Source of the DNA: an uncultured Clostridium sp.
Lineage (GTDB): Bacteria > Bacillota_I > Bacilli_A > RF39 > UBA660
DNA length: 47,092 nucleotides
Assembly: GCA_945788325.1 (NCBI GenBank)
Contig: CALZLL010000002.1
Location: 1 to 47,092 of the forward strand
Direction: 5' to 3'
Made by a program: the position numbers and the translations under genes. Position 1 is the stretch's first letter, and each line of letters starts with the position of its first letter. The notes below the pieces were generated by a model. It had not been told where the DNA came from, ran no database searches, and saw only the letters and a program-made list of their open reading frames with translations. Positions 6,648 to 18,544 of the stretch are shown here, piece by piece.

Positions 6648-8198
6648 CTATTCTCCTTCTATTTCTTTTAGCTTTTTTTCCTTATCAATTCTTGCAAATA
6701 ATACTTCAGGTTTCATATTACTATACGTATTATCATTTTTAAATATCAAAGAAGTATCACTAGTATTTAATTGTTTTAATATTTCTTCTGAAGTTTTAGT
6801 TAAGAAAGGATTAAGATGATTTGCACATACTCTAATAGATTCTAATAAATTGTATAAAACAGTTTGTAATCTATCTTGTTTTTCTTCTTCTTTAGCAAGA
6901 GCCCATGGCGTAGTTTCATCAATGTATTTATTACTACGTCTTAAACATTCAAATATTTCATCAAGAGCAAAACCAATTTCTAACTTATCCATTTTCTTTT
7001 CTAATCTACCATCTAACTCATTAACCATGTTAATTAACTCATTATCAACGTCTTCATTTACATTTTTATTAGTAACCACACCATCAAAATATTTATTAGC
7101 CATTGAAATCGTTCTGTTAACTAAGTTACCTAACGTATTAGCTAAATCAGTATTTGTTCTTTCTATTAATAATTCATAAGTTAAGTTTCCATCATTTGCA
7201 AATGGTATTTCATGAAGCACGTAATACCTTACGGCATCTACTCCAAATAAATCTACTAAATCATCAGCGTATATAGCATTACCTCTTGATTTACCAATTT
7301 TATCATTATTTGTTAAAAGCCATGGATGACCAAATACTTGTTTTGGTAGTTCTAGATCTAAACTCCATAAGAAACATGGCCAGTAAATGGTATGAAACCT
7401 AATTATATCCTTACCAATTAAATGAAGATCTGCTGGCCACCATTTATTAAATTCTTCTGATGAACCATCTGGGTCATAACCAATGTTAGTAATATAGTTA
7501 GTAAGTGCATCAAGCCATACGTAAACCACGTGTTTTGGATCAATATCAACTGGTATTCCCCAGTCAAATGAAGTTCTTGAAACACATAAATCTTGTAATC
7601 CTGGTTTGATAAAGTTATTTAACATTTCATTTTTCCTTGATTCAGGCTGTATAAATTCTGGATGAGATTCAATGTATTCAACTAGTTTATCTTGATATTT
7701 AGATAACTTAAAGAAGTATGCTTCTTCTTTTTTTTCTTCTACGTCTCTTCCACAGTCTGGACATTTACCATCAACTAACTGAGATTCCGTCCAAAAAGAT
7801 TCACAAGGAGTACAATAAAGTCCTTTATATTCCCCTTTGTAAATATCTCCTTTATCATACATCTTGTCAAATATTTTTTGAACTATTTTTTCATGATTAG
7901 GATCAGTTGTTCTAACGAATTTATCATAAGAAGTATTCATTACATCCCATATTCTTTTTATGTCAGATGCTACCTCGTCAACAAACTCTTTTGGGGATAT
8001 TCCTTTTTCCTTAGCTTTAAGTTCTATTTTTTCTCCATGTTCATCAGTACCAGTTTGAAAATATACATCATATCCTTTTTGCCTTTTATATCTTGCAATA
8101 GCATCTGCTAAAACTATTTCATAAGTATTACCAATATGAGGTTTACCAGAAGTATATGCTATTGCGGTTGTAATATAATACTTTTTATTATTTTCCAT
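6648..8198 (-). CDS. metG: Methionyl-tRNA synthetase (the track ORF starts at a GTG at 8225; ATG 8198 after AGGAGG preferred)
   Basis: Class I aaRS motifs: HIGN (HIGH), the zinc knuckle CTPCESF...CPDCG, and KIGKSRGN (KMSKS-like). RBS AAAGGAGGAAAAAAAC precedes the ATG. Confidence 0.92.
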   Translation of the reverse strand: MENNKKYYITTAIAYTSGKPHIGNTYEIVLADAIARYKRQKGYDVYFQTGTDEHGEKIELKAKEKGISPKEFVDEVASDIKRIWDVMNTSYDKFVRTTDPNHEKIVQKIFDKMYDKGDIYKGEYKGLYCTPCESFWTESQLVDGKCPDCGRDVEEKKEEAYFFKLSKYQDKLVEYIESHPEFIQPESRKNEMLNNFIKPGLQDLCVSRTSFDWGIPVDIDPKHVVYVWLDALTNYITNIGYDPDGSSEEFNKWWPADLHLIGKDIIRFHTIYWPCFLWSLDLELPKQVFGHPWLLTNNDKIGKSRGNAIYADDLVDLFGVDAVRYYVLHEIPFANDGNLTYELLIERTNTDLANTLGNLVNRTISMANKYFDGVVTNKNVNEDVDNELINMVNELDGRLEKKMDKLEIGFALDEIFECLRRSNKYIDETTPWALAKEEEKQDRLQTVLYNLLESIRVCANHLNPFLTKTSEEILKQLNTSDTSLIFKNDNTYSNMKPEVLFARIDKEKKLKEIEGE

Positions 8199-8367
8199 GT
8201 TTTTTTCCTCCTTTATTTGGCTCACTATCTTTAAAAACTATTTTATAATTAGATGATTCATAACCATCATCATTTATTTGCTTATTATGAATTTTATCTA
8301 TGTCTTTCATTCTTTCTTTATTTTCTTTATTTTTTTTATCTATTAATAAATCGTAAATAAAACCCAT
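8188..8367 (-). CDS. Possible 59-aa small ORF between the T-box terminator and metG, overlapping the metG start by 11 nt
   Basis: One residue below the shortest ORF listed in the track (60 aa). My translation: MGFIYDLLIDKKNKENKERMKDIDKIHNKQINDDGYESSNYKIVFKDSEPNKGGKKHGK*. GGAG lies 7 nt upstream. No recognisable family. Confidence 0.25.
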   Translation of the reverse strand: MGFIYDLLIDKKNKENKERMKDIDKIHNKQINDDGYESSNYKIVFKDSEPNKGGKKHGK

Positions 8368-8384
8368 ATCATCACTCCTTTCAA

Positions 8385-8615
8385 AATAAAAAGCCCATCC
8401 TAATTAAAGGATGAACTAACTTGTCCACGGTACCACCTTTGTTCTAGATATATAATCTGGCTCTCATACTTTTAACGCAAGTTAACGTTTTAACCTATTA
8501 GATTAAAAAGCTCTACTGACCATTTATATAAATACTTTTCTATGTATGCTTTCACCTTACCATACTCTCTTTTAATAGTTTTTCTTTATACTCTTCAGCA
8601 TCAAAGCCTTTAAAA
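8385..8615 (-). promoter_or_regulatory. T-box riboswitch leader of metG (Met specifier)
   Basis: The minus strand carries AGAGAGTATGG and the distal-loop GGTGAAAGC. The candidate specifier is AAATGG (ATG at 8523-8521). The T-box sequence is CAAAGGTGGTACCGTGG (8428-8446). The terminator is AGTTCATCC-tttaatta-GGATGGGCT followed by TTTTTATTTT. Confidence 0.7.
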
Positions 8616-8622
8616 CAAGTAA

Positions 8623-8651
8623 ATTATAACACATTAATTATTATAATTCAA
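8623..8651 (-). promoter_or_regulatory. Sigma-A promoter for the metG leader
   Basis: The minus strand reads TTGAAT, 17 nt, then TATAAT. The -10 is of the extended TGnTATAAT form (TGTTATAAT). Confidence 0.55.
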
Positions 8652-8668
8652 TTATTAAAATATATAAT

Positions 8669-9826
8669 TTATCTTAACTTTATTTTTGATAAAAACGATT
8701 CTTCTGTTGCTTTTACTATTTCTTTATCATCAGTATAAATAAAAGCACCACTATTTAATAATTTATTAACGTTTTTCTCATCTAACAATCCATAAGAATA
8801 ATACATATATTCTTCTTCTATATAACTTTTTAAATTATTAATATCAACATTTCTCCAATTAGAATCTACGTAATTTAAAAGACCTATTTTTATTTTATTA
8901 ATTTCAGTATTTTTACTCAATGCATTTTTTTGACCATCTAACCAATTATATAAATTATTATCTTTATCTTTATAAACAAAACTTTCTAAAACAAATAAAT
9001 CTCCATAGGTATCTTTATATTCTTTTAACATTAAGTAATATTTCTTCCAATTATTATTTTTAATCATATCTAAATTATATACTTTATCTTTTCTTATTAC
9101 TACTTCCCATACCATTTCTATTTCGTTTAATAATTCTATTTGTTTTTGGTTTAGCTTACTATTATTCTTTCCTTTATAGGCTAGTCTTTGTTTACTAATC
9201 CAACTTCCTAACTTTACTTTGTTTCCATCTTTACCCTTACAAACATAATTAGCAGGTATAAGTAGATTACCATGTTCTTCATAGTACTTTTTGGCTAATT
9301 CGTAATTTTTTAACCAATTATTTGGTATTATTTCTTTGTTATTTTTAACTTTCCATACCATTTCTATTTCGTTTAATAAATCCATTTGTTTTTGATTTAA
9401 CTTATTATTATTCTTTCCTTTATAGGCTTGCCTTTGGGTATTAATCCAATTACCTAATTTTACTTCGTTTCCTTCTTCATCTTTCCAAACATAAGTAGTA
9501 GGTATAAGTAAATTGCCATGTTCTTCATAATACTTTTTCGCTAATTCATAATTTTTAAGCCAGTTATTTGGTATTAATTCTTCATTATTTTTAACTTCCC
9601 ATACCATTTCTATTTCGTTTAATAATTCTATTTGTTTTTGACTTAATTTACTACTTCCATATCCTTTATAGGCTTGCCTTTGTCCACTTATCCAAATTCC
9701 TAATTTTACTTTGTTTCCATCTTCGTCCTTACAAACATAGTTTTGGGGTATAAGTAAATTGCCATATTCTTCATAGTACTTTTTGGCTAATTCATAATTT
9801 TTTAACCATCTTTCTTCGTTAGTCAT
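8669..9826 (-). CDS. Protein built from helicase-associated (HA) domain repeats
   Basis: Three near-identical 82-aa units (WLKNYELAKKYYEEHGNLLIP..YV.KD..GN.VKLG.WI..QRQAYKG....KL.QKQ..LLNEIEMVWE) plus one degenerate fourth unit. This pattern matches the HA domain. No helicase core is present. Confidence 0.65.
   Translation of the reverse strand: MTNEERWLKNYELAKKYYEEYGNLLIPQNYVCKDEDGNKVKLGIWISGQRQAYKGYGSSKLSQKQIELLNEIEMVWEVKNNEELIPNNWLKNYELAKKYYEEHGNLLIPTTYVWKDEEGNEVKLGNWINTQRQAYKGKNNNKLNQKQMDLLNEIEMVWKVKNNKEIIPNNWLKNYELAKKYYEEHGNLLIPANYVCKGKDGNKVKLGSWISKQRLAYKGKNNSKLNQKQIELLNEIEMVWEVVIRKDKVYNLDMIKNNNWKKYYLMLKEYKDTYGDLFVLESFVYKDKDNNLYNWLDGQKNALSKNTEINKIKIGLLNYVDSNWRNVDINNLKSYIEEEYMYYSYGLLDEKNVNKLLNSGAFIYTDDKEIVKATEESFLSKIKLR
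9086..9826 (-). repeat. Intragenic tandem DNA repeat, 3 x 246 nt at roughly 90 percent identity by eye
   Basis: For example, ccataccatttctatttcgtttaataa recurs near 9108, 9354 and 9600. The period equals the 82-aa protein repeat. Confidence 0.7.
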
Positions 9827-9893
9827 ATAATCACCCGCTTTTTAAGTAAAAGTTATTATAAATAAAATAACATGATAAGTCAATCATGTTATT

Positions 9894-10700
9894 TTATAAT
9901 TCATTATTTATTGTTTTTTCTATTAAATGAGCTATAGCATCATCTTTACATGATAAAGTTATAAAATCAGCTTTATTTTTTAAATCTTGCATAGCGTTAT
10001 CAACCGCAACGTTTAATCCTTTATCCAAGAACATAGGTAAATCATTTAAATCATCACCTATTCTTACCGTATCTTTTAAATCTATATTCAGTAAATTACA
10101 TAATTTTTTAACAGCACTACCCTTATTGGTATTAGAAGATGCAACATCTAGCCAGTAGTTTTTATTGCTAACATAAGTTTTATCATATAAAGCTCTATTC
10201 TTATTTATTACTTCTATATCTTCTATTTTATTTATCAAATTTTCTATGTTAATTATTTTATCTTTACTAGAACCATAAACAACCATTTGTGTTACATCTA
10301 TACTTTCATAAAGAGTTTTATTAAGATTATTAAATATTTCTTGATTACTAAGTGGATCTTTATTTACTAAATCTTTATCTATACCAGTCATGATAAATTT
10401 AAAATTATTTTCATTACATAATTCATATACTTTTACTAAAGAATCATATGAAATCTTATTACTATAAACAATTTTATCGTGCTTTAAATCATATATAATA
10501 GAACCATTAGTACAAATAATATACCTTATACCTTTTAATTTATTTGCAATTATTTTAGTATATGAAACACTTCTTCCGCTTACTAAAACAAATAATCCAC
10601 CCTTTTTTATATATTCTTCTATTGCTTTCTTATTTTTATCTGATATAACTTCTTCAATAGCTAAAGTTCTATCTATATCTGAAAATATTATTTTCTTCAT
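9894..10700 (-). CDS. Cof-type HAD-IIB family hydrolase
   Basis: IFSDIDRTL (DxD motif I), VSGRS, and GDDLNDLPM (motif IV). Confidence 0.8.
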   Translation of the reverse strand: MKKIIFSDIDRTLAIEEVISDKNKKAIEEYIKKGGLFVLVSGRSVSYTKIIANKLKGIRYIICTNGSIIYDLKHDKIVYSNKISYDSLVKVYELCNENNFKFIMTGIDKDLVNKDPLSNQEIFNNLNKTLYESIDVTQMVVYGSSKDKIINIENLINKIEDIEVINKNRALYDKTYVSNKNYWLDVASSNTNKGSAVKKLCNLLNIDLKDTVRIGDDLNDLPMFLDKGLNVAVDNAMQDLKNKADFITLSCKDDAIAHLIEKTINNEL

Positions 10701-10708
10701 CTAACCAC

Positions 10709-13108
10709 CTACATAAACCAATTACTTTTCTTTTTTATAATTATATTTAAAATGTTACTTAATAGTTTAAACAACCTAGTTGATACATACATCAGTGGTA
10801 AAAGTATTAATAATGCGTTAGGAGTTAACCAAACAAGCGAGAATATTTCTCTTCCTAATGGAGTTAATATTGCAAGTAAAAATATACCTGATAATAAAAC
10901 TAATAATAACTTTCTTAATAGATTAAGTGGTTTACTAATTCTATATATTAATAATATTGCTGTATAAGCGGTAATAATTACTGCAATAGTTGATGTTTGT
11001 TCATTCGGAATATTAATCAAACTTGCAAAAAATACAAGTAATAATATATTTACTACGGTAGTTATACCACTTGGAATAGCTTTACTTATAACATTTATAA
11101 AGAACTTTCCTTTTACCCTTGATTTATTTGGTTCTAAAGCAAGGATAAAAGCAGGTATACCAATAGTTAAACTATTTATTAAAGTAAGCTGTATTGGTAT
11201 AAAAGGATAAGTATAATTAATAAATAAGAATAATAAAGCTAGAAGTGAAGCATATATCGTTTTTGATAAAAACAACGTTGCAGATCTTTCTACGTTATTT
11301 ATCGTTCTTCTTCCTTCTTTTACTACTTCTGGCATTGAATCAAAATCAGAATCTAATAGTACTAATTCCGCTACGTTTCTAGCTGCATCAGAGCCTTCAT
11401 TCATTGCAATGCCACAGTCAGATTCCTTAAGTGCTAGTACGTCATTTACCCCATCACCAGTCATTGCTACAACGTGTCCATTACTTTTTAATGCAGATAT
11501 AATCATCTTTTTTTGATCTGGTTTAACCCTACCAAAAATATTATTTTCTTCAACTATCAAGTTTAAATCTGTTTCCTCATTTATTAATCTTGCATCAAAT
11601 ACTCCTTTAACATCGATACCAACGTTTTTTGCAACAGTAGCTACCGTATTAACACTATCTCCTGATATAACCTTTAATTCAACATCATTATCCATGAAGT
11701 ATGCTAACGTATTGGCAGCTTCTTTTCTTACTTTATCCCTTATTAAAATAAGTGCTAATACATCTTTTTTATTTGGTATTTCATTATTTTTTATATGAGA
11801 AGTTTTTATTAATGCAAGCACTCTATTTTCGTTTGATAGTTCATCAATTTTATTTTTATAATTATCAATTTCTTTTCCTAAAACAAACTCAGGAGCTCCA
11901 ATTATGTATGATTCTTTTTCTAAGACTATACCTGAAAATTTTCTTTCAGAAGAAAATGGTATATTATTAATTGATTTTACTTTTGAATCATTACCATATT
12001 TTTCATTTAATGCCATGAAAGTAGGATTTTTATCATTTAAATTAGTTGATATAGCCTCAAGCATTTCATCAATCTTATTAATATCATTATTATTTAAAGG
12101 AATAACATCATTTATTTCCATTTTTCCTTCTGTTATGGTACCAGTTTTATCTAAGCAAAGAGTATCTACTCTTGCAAGTGTTTCAATGCAATATAAATCT
12201 TGAACTAAAACTTTATATTTAGAAAGCCTTATAACACTTATCGCAAGTACCGTTGATACAAGTAAAATTAAACCTTCCGGAATCATTCCAACCACCGCTG
12301 CAACAACCGTTACAACCGCGTTTTGTGTAGTATTACCTTCTATTGCAAACTGTCTTAATAAAAGTAAAATACCTATTGGAATAAGCGTGATAGATACGTA
12401 TTTTACTATTTTATTTAAAGAACGCATTATTTCAGAATTTATTTCTTTTTTCATTTTCTTAGCATCATGAGATATTATTGAAGTATAATTATCTAAACCA
12501 ACATGAATTACCTTAGCTTTAACATTACCACTTACTATAAAACTACCTGATAATAATGTATCTCCTTCTTTCTTATAAATGGTTTTAGCTTCACCAGTTA
12601 TGAAAGATTCATTAACCTCACAAGCCCCATCTAATATTTTAGAATCAGCTACTACTTGATTACCTAATTCATATATAATTAAATCATCTAATACAATGCT
12701 ATTTATATGTATTTCTTTTTCTTTACCATCTCGCACAACTTTAGCTTTTGATGATGATATAACTGATAACTTATCAACTATTCTTTTAGCTCTTATTTCT
12801 TGAATGGTACTTATCAGCGTATTACATATAACAACTCCTAGAAATAATAAGTTTTTATACGATCCAACAACTATGATAGCTACACCTAATATTAAGTTTA
12901 TAAAATTAAATAACGTACAAGTATTTTCTATTAATATTTGTTTAATACTTTTACTAGGTGTTGTTGTATCATAATTAACTTTTCCATTATTTATTCTTTG
13001 TTTTACTTCTTTTGTAGATAATCCTTTAAATTCTTCCATATTTATCAGTCTCTTTCTATTTATATATTTATTATACCATTTTTTACCATTATCAAATAAG
13101 ATAAACAA
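10709..13108 (-). CDS. Cation-transporting P-type ATPase (P2-like); the likely true start is ATG 13039 (MEEFKGLST)
   Basis: TGEA actuator motif, the DKTGTIT phosphorylation site, MTGDGVNDVLAL, and about 10 TM segments. Confidence 0.88.
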   Translation of the reverse strand: MFILFDNGKKWYNKYINRKRLINMEEFKGLSTKEVKQRINNGKVNYDTTTPSKSIKQILIENTCTLFNFINLILGVAIIVVGSYKNLLFLGVVICNTLISTIQEIRAKRIVDKLSVISSSKAKVVRDGKEKEIHINSIVLDDLIIYELGNQVVADSKILDGACEVNESFITGEAKTIYKKEGDTLLSGSFIVSGNVKAKVIHVGLDNYTSIISHDAKKMKKEINSEIMRSLNKIVKYVSITLIPIGILLLLRQFAIEGNTTQNAVVTVVAAVVGMIPEGLILLVSTVLAISVIRLSKYKVLVQDLYCIETLARVDTLCLDKTGTITEGKMEINDVIPLNNNDINKIDEMLEAISTNLNDKNPTFMALNEKYGNDSKVKSINNIPFSSERKFSGIVLEKESYIIGAPEFVLGKEIDNYKNKIDELSNENRVLALIKTSHIKNNEIPNKKDVLALILIRDKVRKEAANTLAYFMDNDVELKVISGDSVNTVATVAKNVGIDVKGVFDARLINEETDLNLIVEENNIFGRVKPDQKKMIISALKSNGHVVAMTGDGVNDVLALKESDCGIAMNEGSDAARNVAELVLLDSDFDSMPEVVKEGRRTINNVERSATLFLSKTIYASLLALLFLFINYTYPFIPIQLTLINSLTIGIPAFILALEPNKSRVKGKFFINVISKAIPSGITTVVNILLLVFFASLINIPNEQTSTIAVIITAYTAILLIYRISKPLNLLRKLLLVLLSGIFLLAILTPLGREIFSLVWLTPNALLILLPLMYVSTRLFKLLSNILNIIIKKKSNWFM

Positions 13109-13132
13109 AAAAAGACAATATGATTTTACATA

Positions 13133-14263
13133 TTATCCTTTTTTTACATATTTTTCAAATAAATCAAAGTCTGAATTTTTTAAATTAGTCTTTGATAAGT
13201 CTTCTAATATTTTCTTTTGCTTTCTATCTAATTTAGTTGGTGTTATAACTTTTAATATAACGTATAAATCACCAGTTCCACGTCTTGCAGGACTTTTTAG
13301 TCCTTTACCTTTTAATCTATGCTTTTCTCCTGATTGACTTCCTGCTGGTATATTTAATATAACGTTTCCTTCAAGCGTAGGAACTTCTTTTTTACATCCT
13401 AATGCAGCTTCTGTAATAGTAAGTGGTAAAGTAATAAACAAATTATTATCTTCTCTATCAAATAATGGATGTTCTTTTACTTTTATTTCAATGTATACAT
13501 CCCCGTTAGGTCCACCATTTTCTCCCGCTGGACCTTTACCAGAAACTCTTAAATGATCGCCTGTATCAACACCTGCTGGAACTTTAACAATTATGTTTTT
13601 CTTAACTCTTTTCTTACCAGTACCTTTACATTCATTACATTTTTTAGTGTAAGTTTCACCTGTTCCATCACATGTTGAACATGGTCTTTGAGTTATAAAA
13701 GCTCCTAAAATACTTCTTTGTTGTTCCTTAACATAGCCTGTACCACCACAATCAGGACACGTTTTAATACCAGTACCTCCATGTCCATCACATTCATCAC
13801 ATTTATCATCAATGTTTAAACTTACGGTTGTTTCGGTACCAAAAGCAGCTTCTTCAAAATCCATTTCAAAAATAACACTTATATCTGGACCTTTAGTTGG
13901 TCTTTTTCTAGAAGAATTACCCCCACCACCAAAGAATGATGATGAACCACCAAATCCAAATCCAGAACCAAAGATATCTTTTAATATATCAGATGGATCA
14001 AAATCTTCAAAACCAGAAAAGCCTCCTCCAAATCCACCATTTTGATCAAAGGCTGCATGACCAAACTGATCATACTTACTTCTTTTATCCTTATCTGATA
14101 ATACCGCATAAGCTTCTTGAGCTTCTTTAAATTTTTCAGCTGCGTTTTCTTCTTTAGAAACATCAGGGTGATATTTTTTAGCTAATTTTCTAAACGCACT
14201 TTTTATTTCGGCATCAGTAGCATTTTTAGAAACACCTAACACCTCATAATAGTCTTTCTTCAT
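13133..14263 (-). CDS. dnaJ: Chaperone DnaJ
   Basis: J-domain with YHPD, a G/F-rich linker, and four CxxCxGxG zinc-finger repeats. Confidence 0.95.
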   Translation of the reverse strand: MKKDYYEVLGVSKNATDAEIKSAFRKLAKKYHPDVSKEENAAEKFKEAQEAYAVLSDKDKRSKYDQFGHAAFDQNGGFGGGFSGFEDFDPSDILKDIFGSGFGFGGSSSFFGGGGNSSRKRPTKGPDISVIFEMDFEEAAFGTETTVSLNIDDKCDECDGHGGTGIKTCPDCGGTGYVKEQQRSILGAFITQRPCSTCDGTGETYTKKCNECKGTGKKRVKKNIIVKVPAGVDTGDHLRVSGKGPAGENGGPNGDVYIEIKVKEHPLFDREDNNLFITLPLTITEAALGCKKEVPTLEGNVILNIPAGSQSGEKHRLKGKGLKSPARRGTGDLYVILKVITPTKLDRKQKKILEDLSKTNLKNSDFDLFEKYVKKG

Positions 14264-14276
14264 TCTACCTTACCTC

Positions 14277-16079
14277 CTAACTATTATATATTTCAATAAA
14301 TTCACTTAAATAATTTTCAAAAGTTTTAATAGCTGATAGAATAACATTTTCATCATTCATATCAACACCAGCTATTTTAAGTTCGTCAATTGGATACATA
14401 CTACCACCGGTTTTTAAGAATTTCATATAGTTTTCTAAAGCCCCTTCTTTTTTATTTAAAATACCATCTACTATATAACTAGCAGCTGCTATACCGGTAG
14501 CATATTTATACACGTAAAAATTATAGTAAAAATGTGGAATCCTTGCCCATTCAAAGCGAATTAAATCATCACAAACAACGTTATCACCAAAATATTTTTT
14601 TACAAGATTATAATAAATATCTGATAACAAATCACTTGTTAAAACTTCACCATTTTCTCTTTTTTCATGGGTTATTTTTTCAAACTCTGCAAACATGGTT
14701 TGTCTATATAAAGTAGCTTTGTATAAATCAAGAATATGATTTATAATCGTTAGTTTTTCTTCTTTATTATTAGAGTTTTTAAGCATGTAATTAGCTAATA
14801 AAAGCTCATTAACAGTAGATGCAACTTCGGCAACAAATATTCGATAAGAAGAATATTGATATGGATTATTATGACAAGAAAAATAAGTATGCATAGAATG
14901 TCCTAGTTCATGAGCTAAGGTTGATACATCGTTTAAAGTTCCTTCATAATTTAATAAAACATATGGATTAACATCATAATTACCAGATGAATAAGCTCCA
15001 GAACGTTTTCCTTTACTATGATAAATATCTATCCATTTTTCTTCAAACGCTTTATTAAGAATACTATTATATTCATCACCTAATACTGATAATGCATTAA
15101 TAACTATTTCTTTAGCTTCATCAAATGAATATTTTTTATTACTTTCTTTTATTATATTTACGTACGTATCATACATGTGCAGTTCATCTAGATTAAGAAT
15201 ATTTTTCTTAACATCATAATATTTGTATAATACATCTAAATTATTGTTAACAACCTTTATTAAGTTATTATAAACACTTTCATCTATGTTATCTTGATAT
15301 AAAGATGCCTTAATAGCACTATCATAATTTCTTATTTTAGCTGTTACAACATTCGTTTCTACTTCACCTTTATAAGTTGAAGTTATTGTTCTTTTATATG
15401 AAGCATATTTTTCATGAAGCATTTCAAAAGCTTTTTTTCTTACGTTTCTATCTTTTGATTTTATAAAGATAGAATAATTACTCTCATTAAATTTAACTTC
15501 TTTTCCATCTTCATCAGTTATATAATCATAATCAAAATCCGAATCAGTTAAAGCTTCATACGTTTCTTCCGGATTAGATAAGCATTTAGATAAATTAGAT
15601 AATATTTTTTCTTGGTCTTCACTTAAAGTATGCTTTTTAAAACGATATATATCATCAATATTAAATTTATAATCTTTAAGTTTAGGTTCATCTTTATAGA
15701 AAGAATCTAATTTTTCTTTATCTAGTTTTAATATTTCAGGAGTAACATAAGATGATAATTCATCATATCTTGAAAAAAGATCTGTTACCATATTATTCAT
15801 CACTTTATATTTTTCATCTAAAGTATTTGAATCATAATTTAAATGAGCATAATAATATAATTTTTCAAGTTTTCTAGAAACTCCTTCATCATATACTAAA
15901 AACTTATATAATTCTTTTCCGTCTTTTAAGAAAGTATTTTTAAAATCTTTTACCTTTTCTATTTCATTTTTTACTTCTTCATAATCTTTTTTCCATTCAT
16001 CTTCGGATTTATATATAGGTGTTAAATCCCATTTATATTTATCTTCTATCTCACTTCTTATTTTTTCTTCTTTAGCCAT
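14277..16079 (-). CDS. pepF: Oligoendopeptidase F (M3B family)
   Basis: HELGHSMH zinc motif. Its ~600 aa length and overall pattern are typical of PepF. Confidence 0.88.
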   Translation of the reverse strand: MAKEEKIRSEIEDKYKWDLTPIYKSEDEWKKDYEEVKNEIEKVKDFKNTFLKDGKELYKFLVYDEGVSRKLEKLYYYAHLNYDSNTLDEKYKVMNNMVTDLFSRYDELSSYVTPEILKLDKEKLDSFYKDEPKLKDYKFNIDDIYRFKKHTLSEDQEKILSNLSKCLSNPEETYEALTDSDFDYDYITDEDGKEVKFNESNYSIFIKSKDRNVRKKAFEMLHEKYASYKRTITSTYKGEVETNVVTAKIRNYDSAIKASLYQDNIDESVYNNLIKVVNNNLDVLYKYYDVKKNILNLDELHMYDTYVNIIKESNKKYSFDEAKEIVINALSVLGDEYNSILNKAFEEKWIDIYHSKGKRSGAYSSGNYDVNPYVLLNYEGTLNDVSTLAHELGHSMHTYFSCHNNPYQYSSYRIFVAEVASTVNELLLANYMLKNSNNKEEKLTIINHILDLYKATLYRQTMFAEFEKITHEKRENGEVLTSDLLSDIYYNLVKKYFGDNVVCDDLIRFEWARIPHFYYNFYVYKYATGIAAASYIVDGILNKKEGALENYMKFLKTGGSMYPIDELKIAGVDMNDENVILSAIKTFENYLSEFIEIYNS

Positions 16080-16105
16080 AGACTCTCCTTTATTATAATA
16101 ATGAT

Positions 16106-16130
16106 AAAGTTCTAGAGTTTCTAGAACTTT
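16106..16130 (-). other. 10-bp perfect hairpin between dnaK and pepF, with no clear U-tract
   Basis: AAAGTTCTAG-agttt-CTAGAACTTT. Confidence 0.45.
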
Positions 16131-16145
16131 ATCTATTAATTTTTA

Positions 16146-17996
<1,851 letters not shown>

Positions 17997-18007
17997 TCAT
18001 TCCTTTC

Positions 18008-18541
18008 TTATTTATTAACCTTGACCATAGATGGTCTTATAACTTTATCTTTTAACATGTATCCTTTTTGAAGAACCTCAAGGATAACATCTTGCTCTTT
18101 TTGATCATTTTCCTCAGTCATTACCGCTTGATGATACATTGGATCAAATTTCTTATCAATACATTCTATTTCTTTTACCCCATACTTTTCCAATGCATTT
18201 AATAGTGATTTATGAATCATTTTAACACCATCCATTAAATTATTATCACTACTTTCAAGCTTAATAGCCCTTTCAAAATTATCAATTATTGGAAGAAGTT
18301 CCATTATTAAATCTTCATTTGCAAACTTAAGTAATCTTTCCACTTCCTCATCTTTTCTTTTGCGATAATTAACAAGGTCAGCTTGGGCTCTTAAAAATTT
18401 TTCCTCAGCCTCAGCTGTTTTTTTATTGATTTCTTCAATTTCCTTAGCGGTAATTTTTACAACATCTTCTTGTTTATCATGCTTTTTATCATTATGTTCT
18501 TTTTTTATATTTTTATTTTTATTTTTTGTTTCTTCTTTCAT
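18008..18541 (-). CDS. grpE: Nucleotide exchange factor GrpE
   Basis: Coiled-coil N-terminus, the LRAQADLVNYRKR motif, a conserved C-terminal beta domain, and its position between hrcA and dnaK. Confidence 0.9.
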   Translation of the reverse strand: MKEETKNKNKNIKKEHNDKKHDKQEDVVKITAKEIEEINKKTAEAEEKFLRAQADLVNYRKRKDEEVERLLKFANEDLIMELLPIIDNFERAIKLESSDNNLMDGVKMIHKSLLNALEKYGVKEIECIDKKFDPMYHQAVMTEENDQKEQDVILEVLQKGYMLKDKVIRPSMVKVNK

Positions 18542-18544
18542 AAG

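Noticed and set aside
6850-8111. Track ORFs antisense to metG (6850-7179, 7718-7900, 7878-8111)
   Set aside because: They lie entirely within, and antisense to, a strongly supported aaRS gene. They have low-complexity, Leu/Phe/Ser-rich composition typical of AT-rich antisense frames, and no RBS.
9086-9826. The 246-nt tandem repeats considered as a mobile element or non-coding satellite
   Set aside because: The repeats maintain one long open frame, and their period equals a protein domain unit (82 aa). They are therefore intragenic domain duplications.
10752-14716. Track ORFs antisense to or nested in the P-type ATPase, dnaJ and pepF (10752-10967, 11752-11970, 11904-12203, 13812-14045, 13936-14130, 13981-14163, 14534-14716)
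   Set aside because: All are contained within well-supported conserved genes. None carries a recognisable motif.
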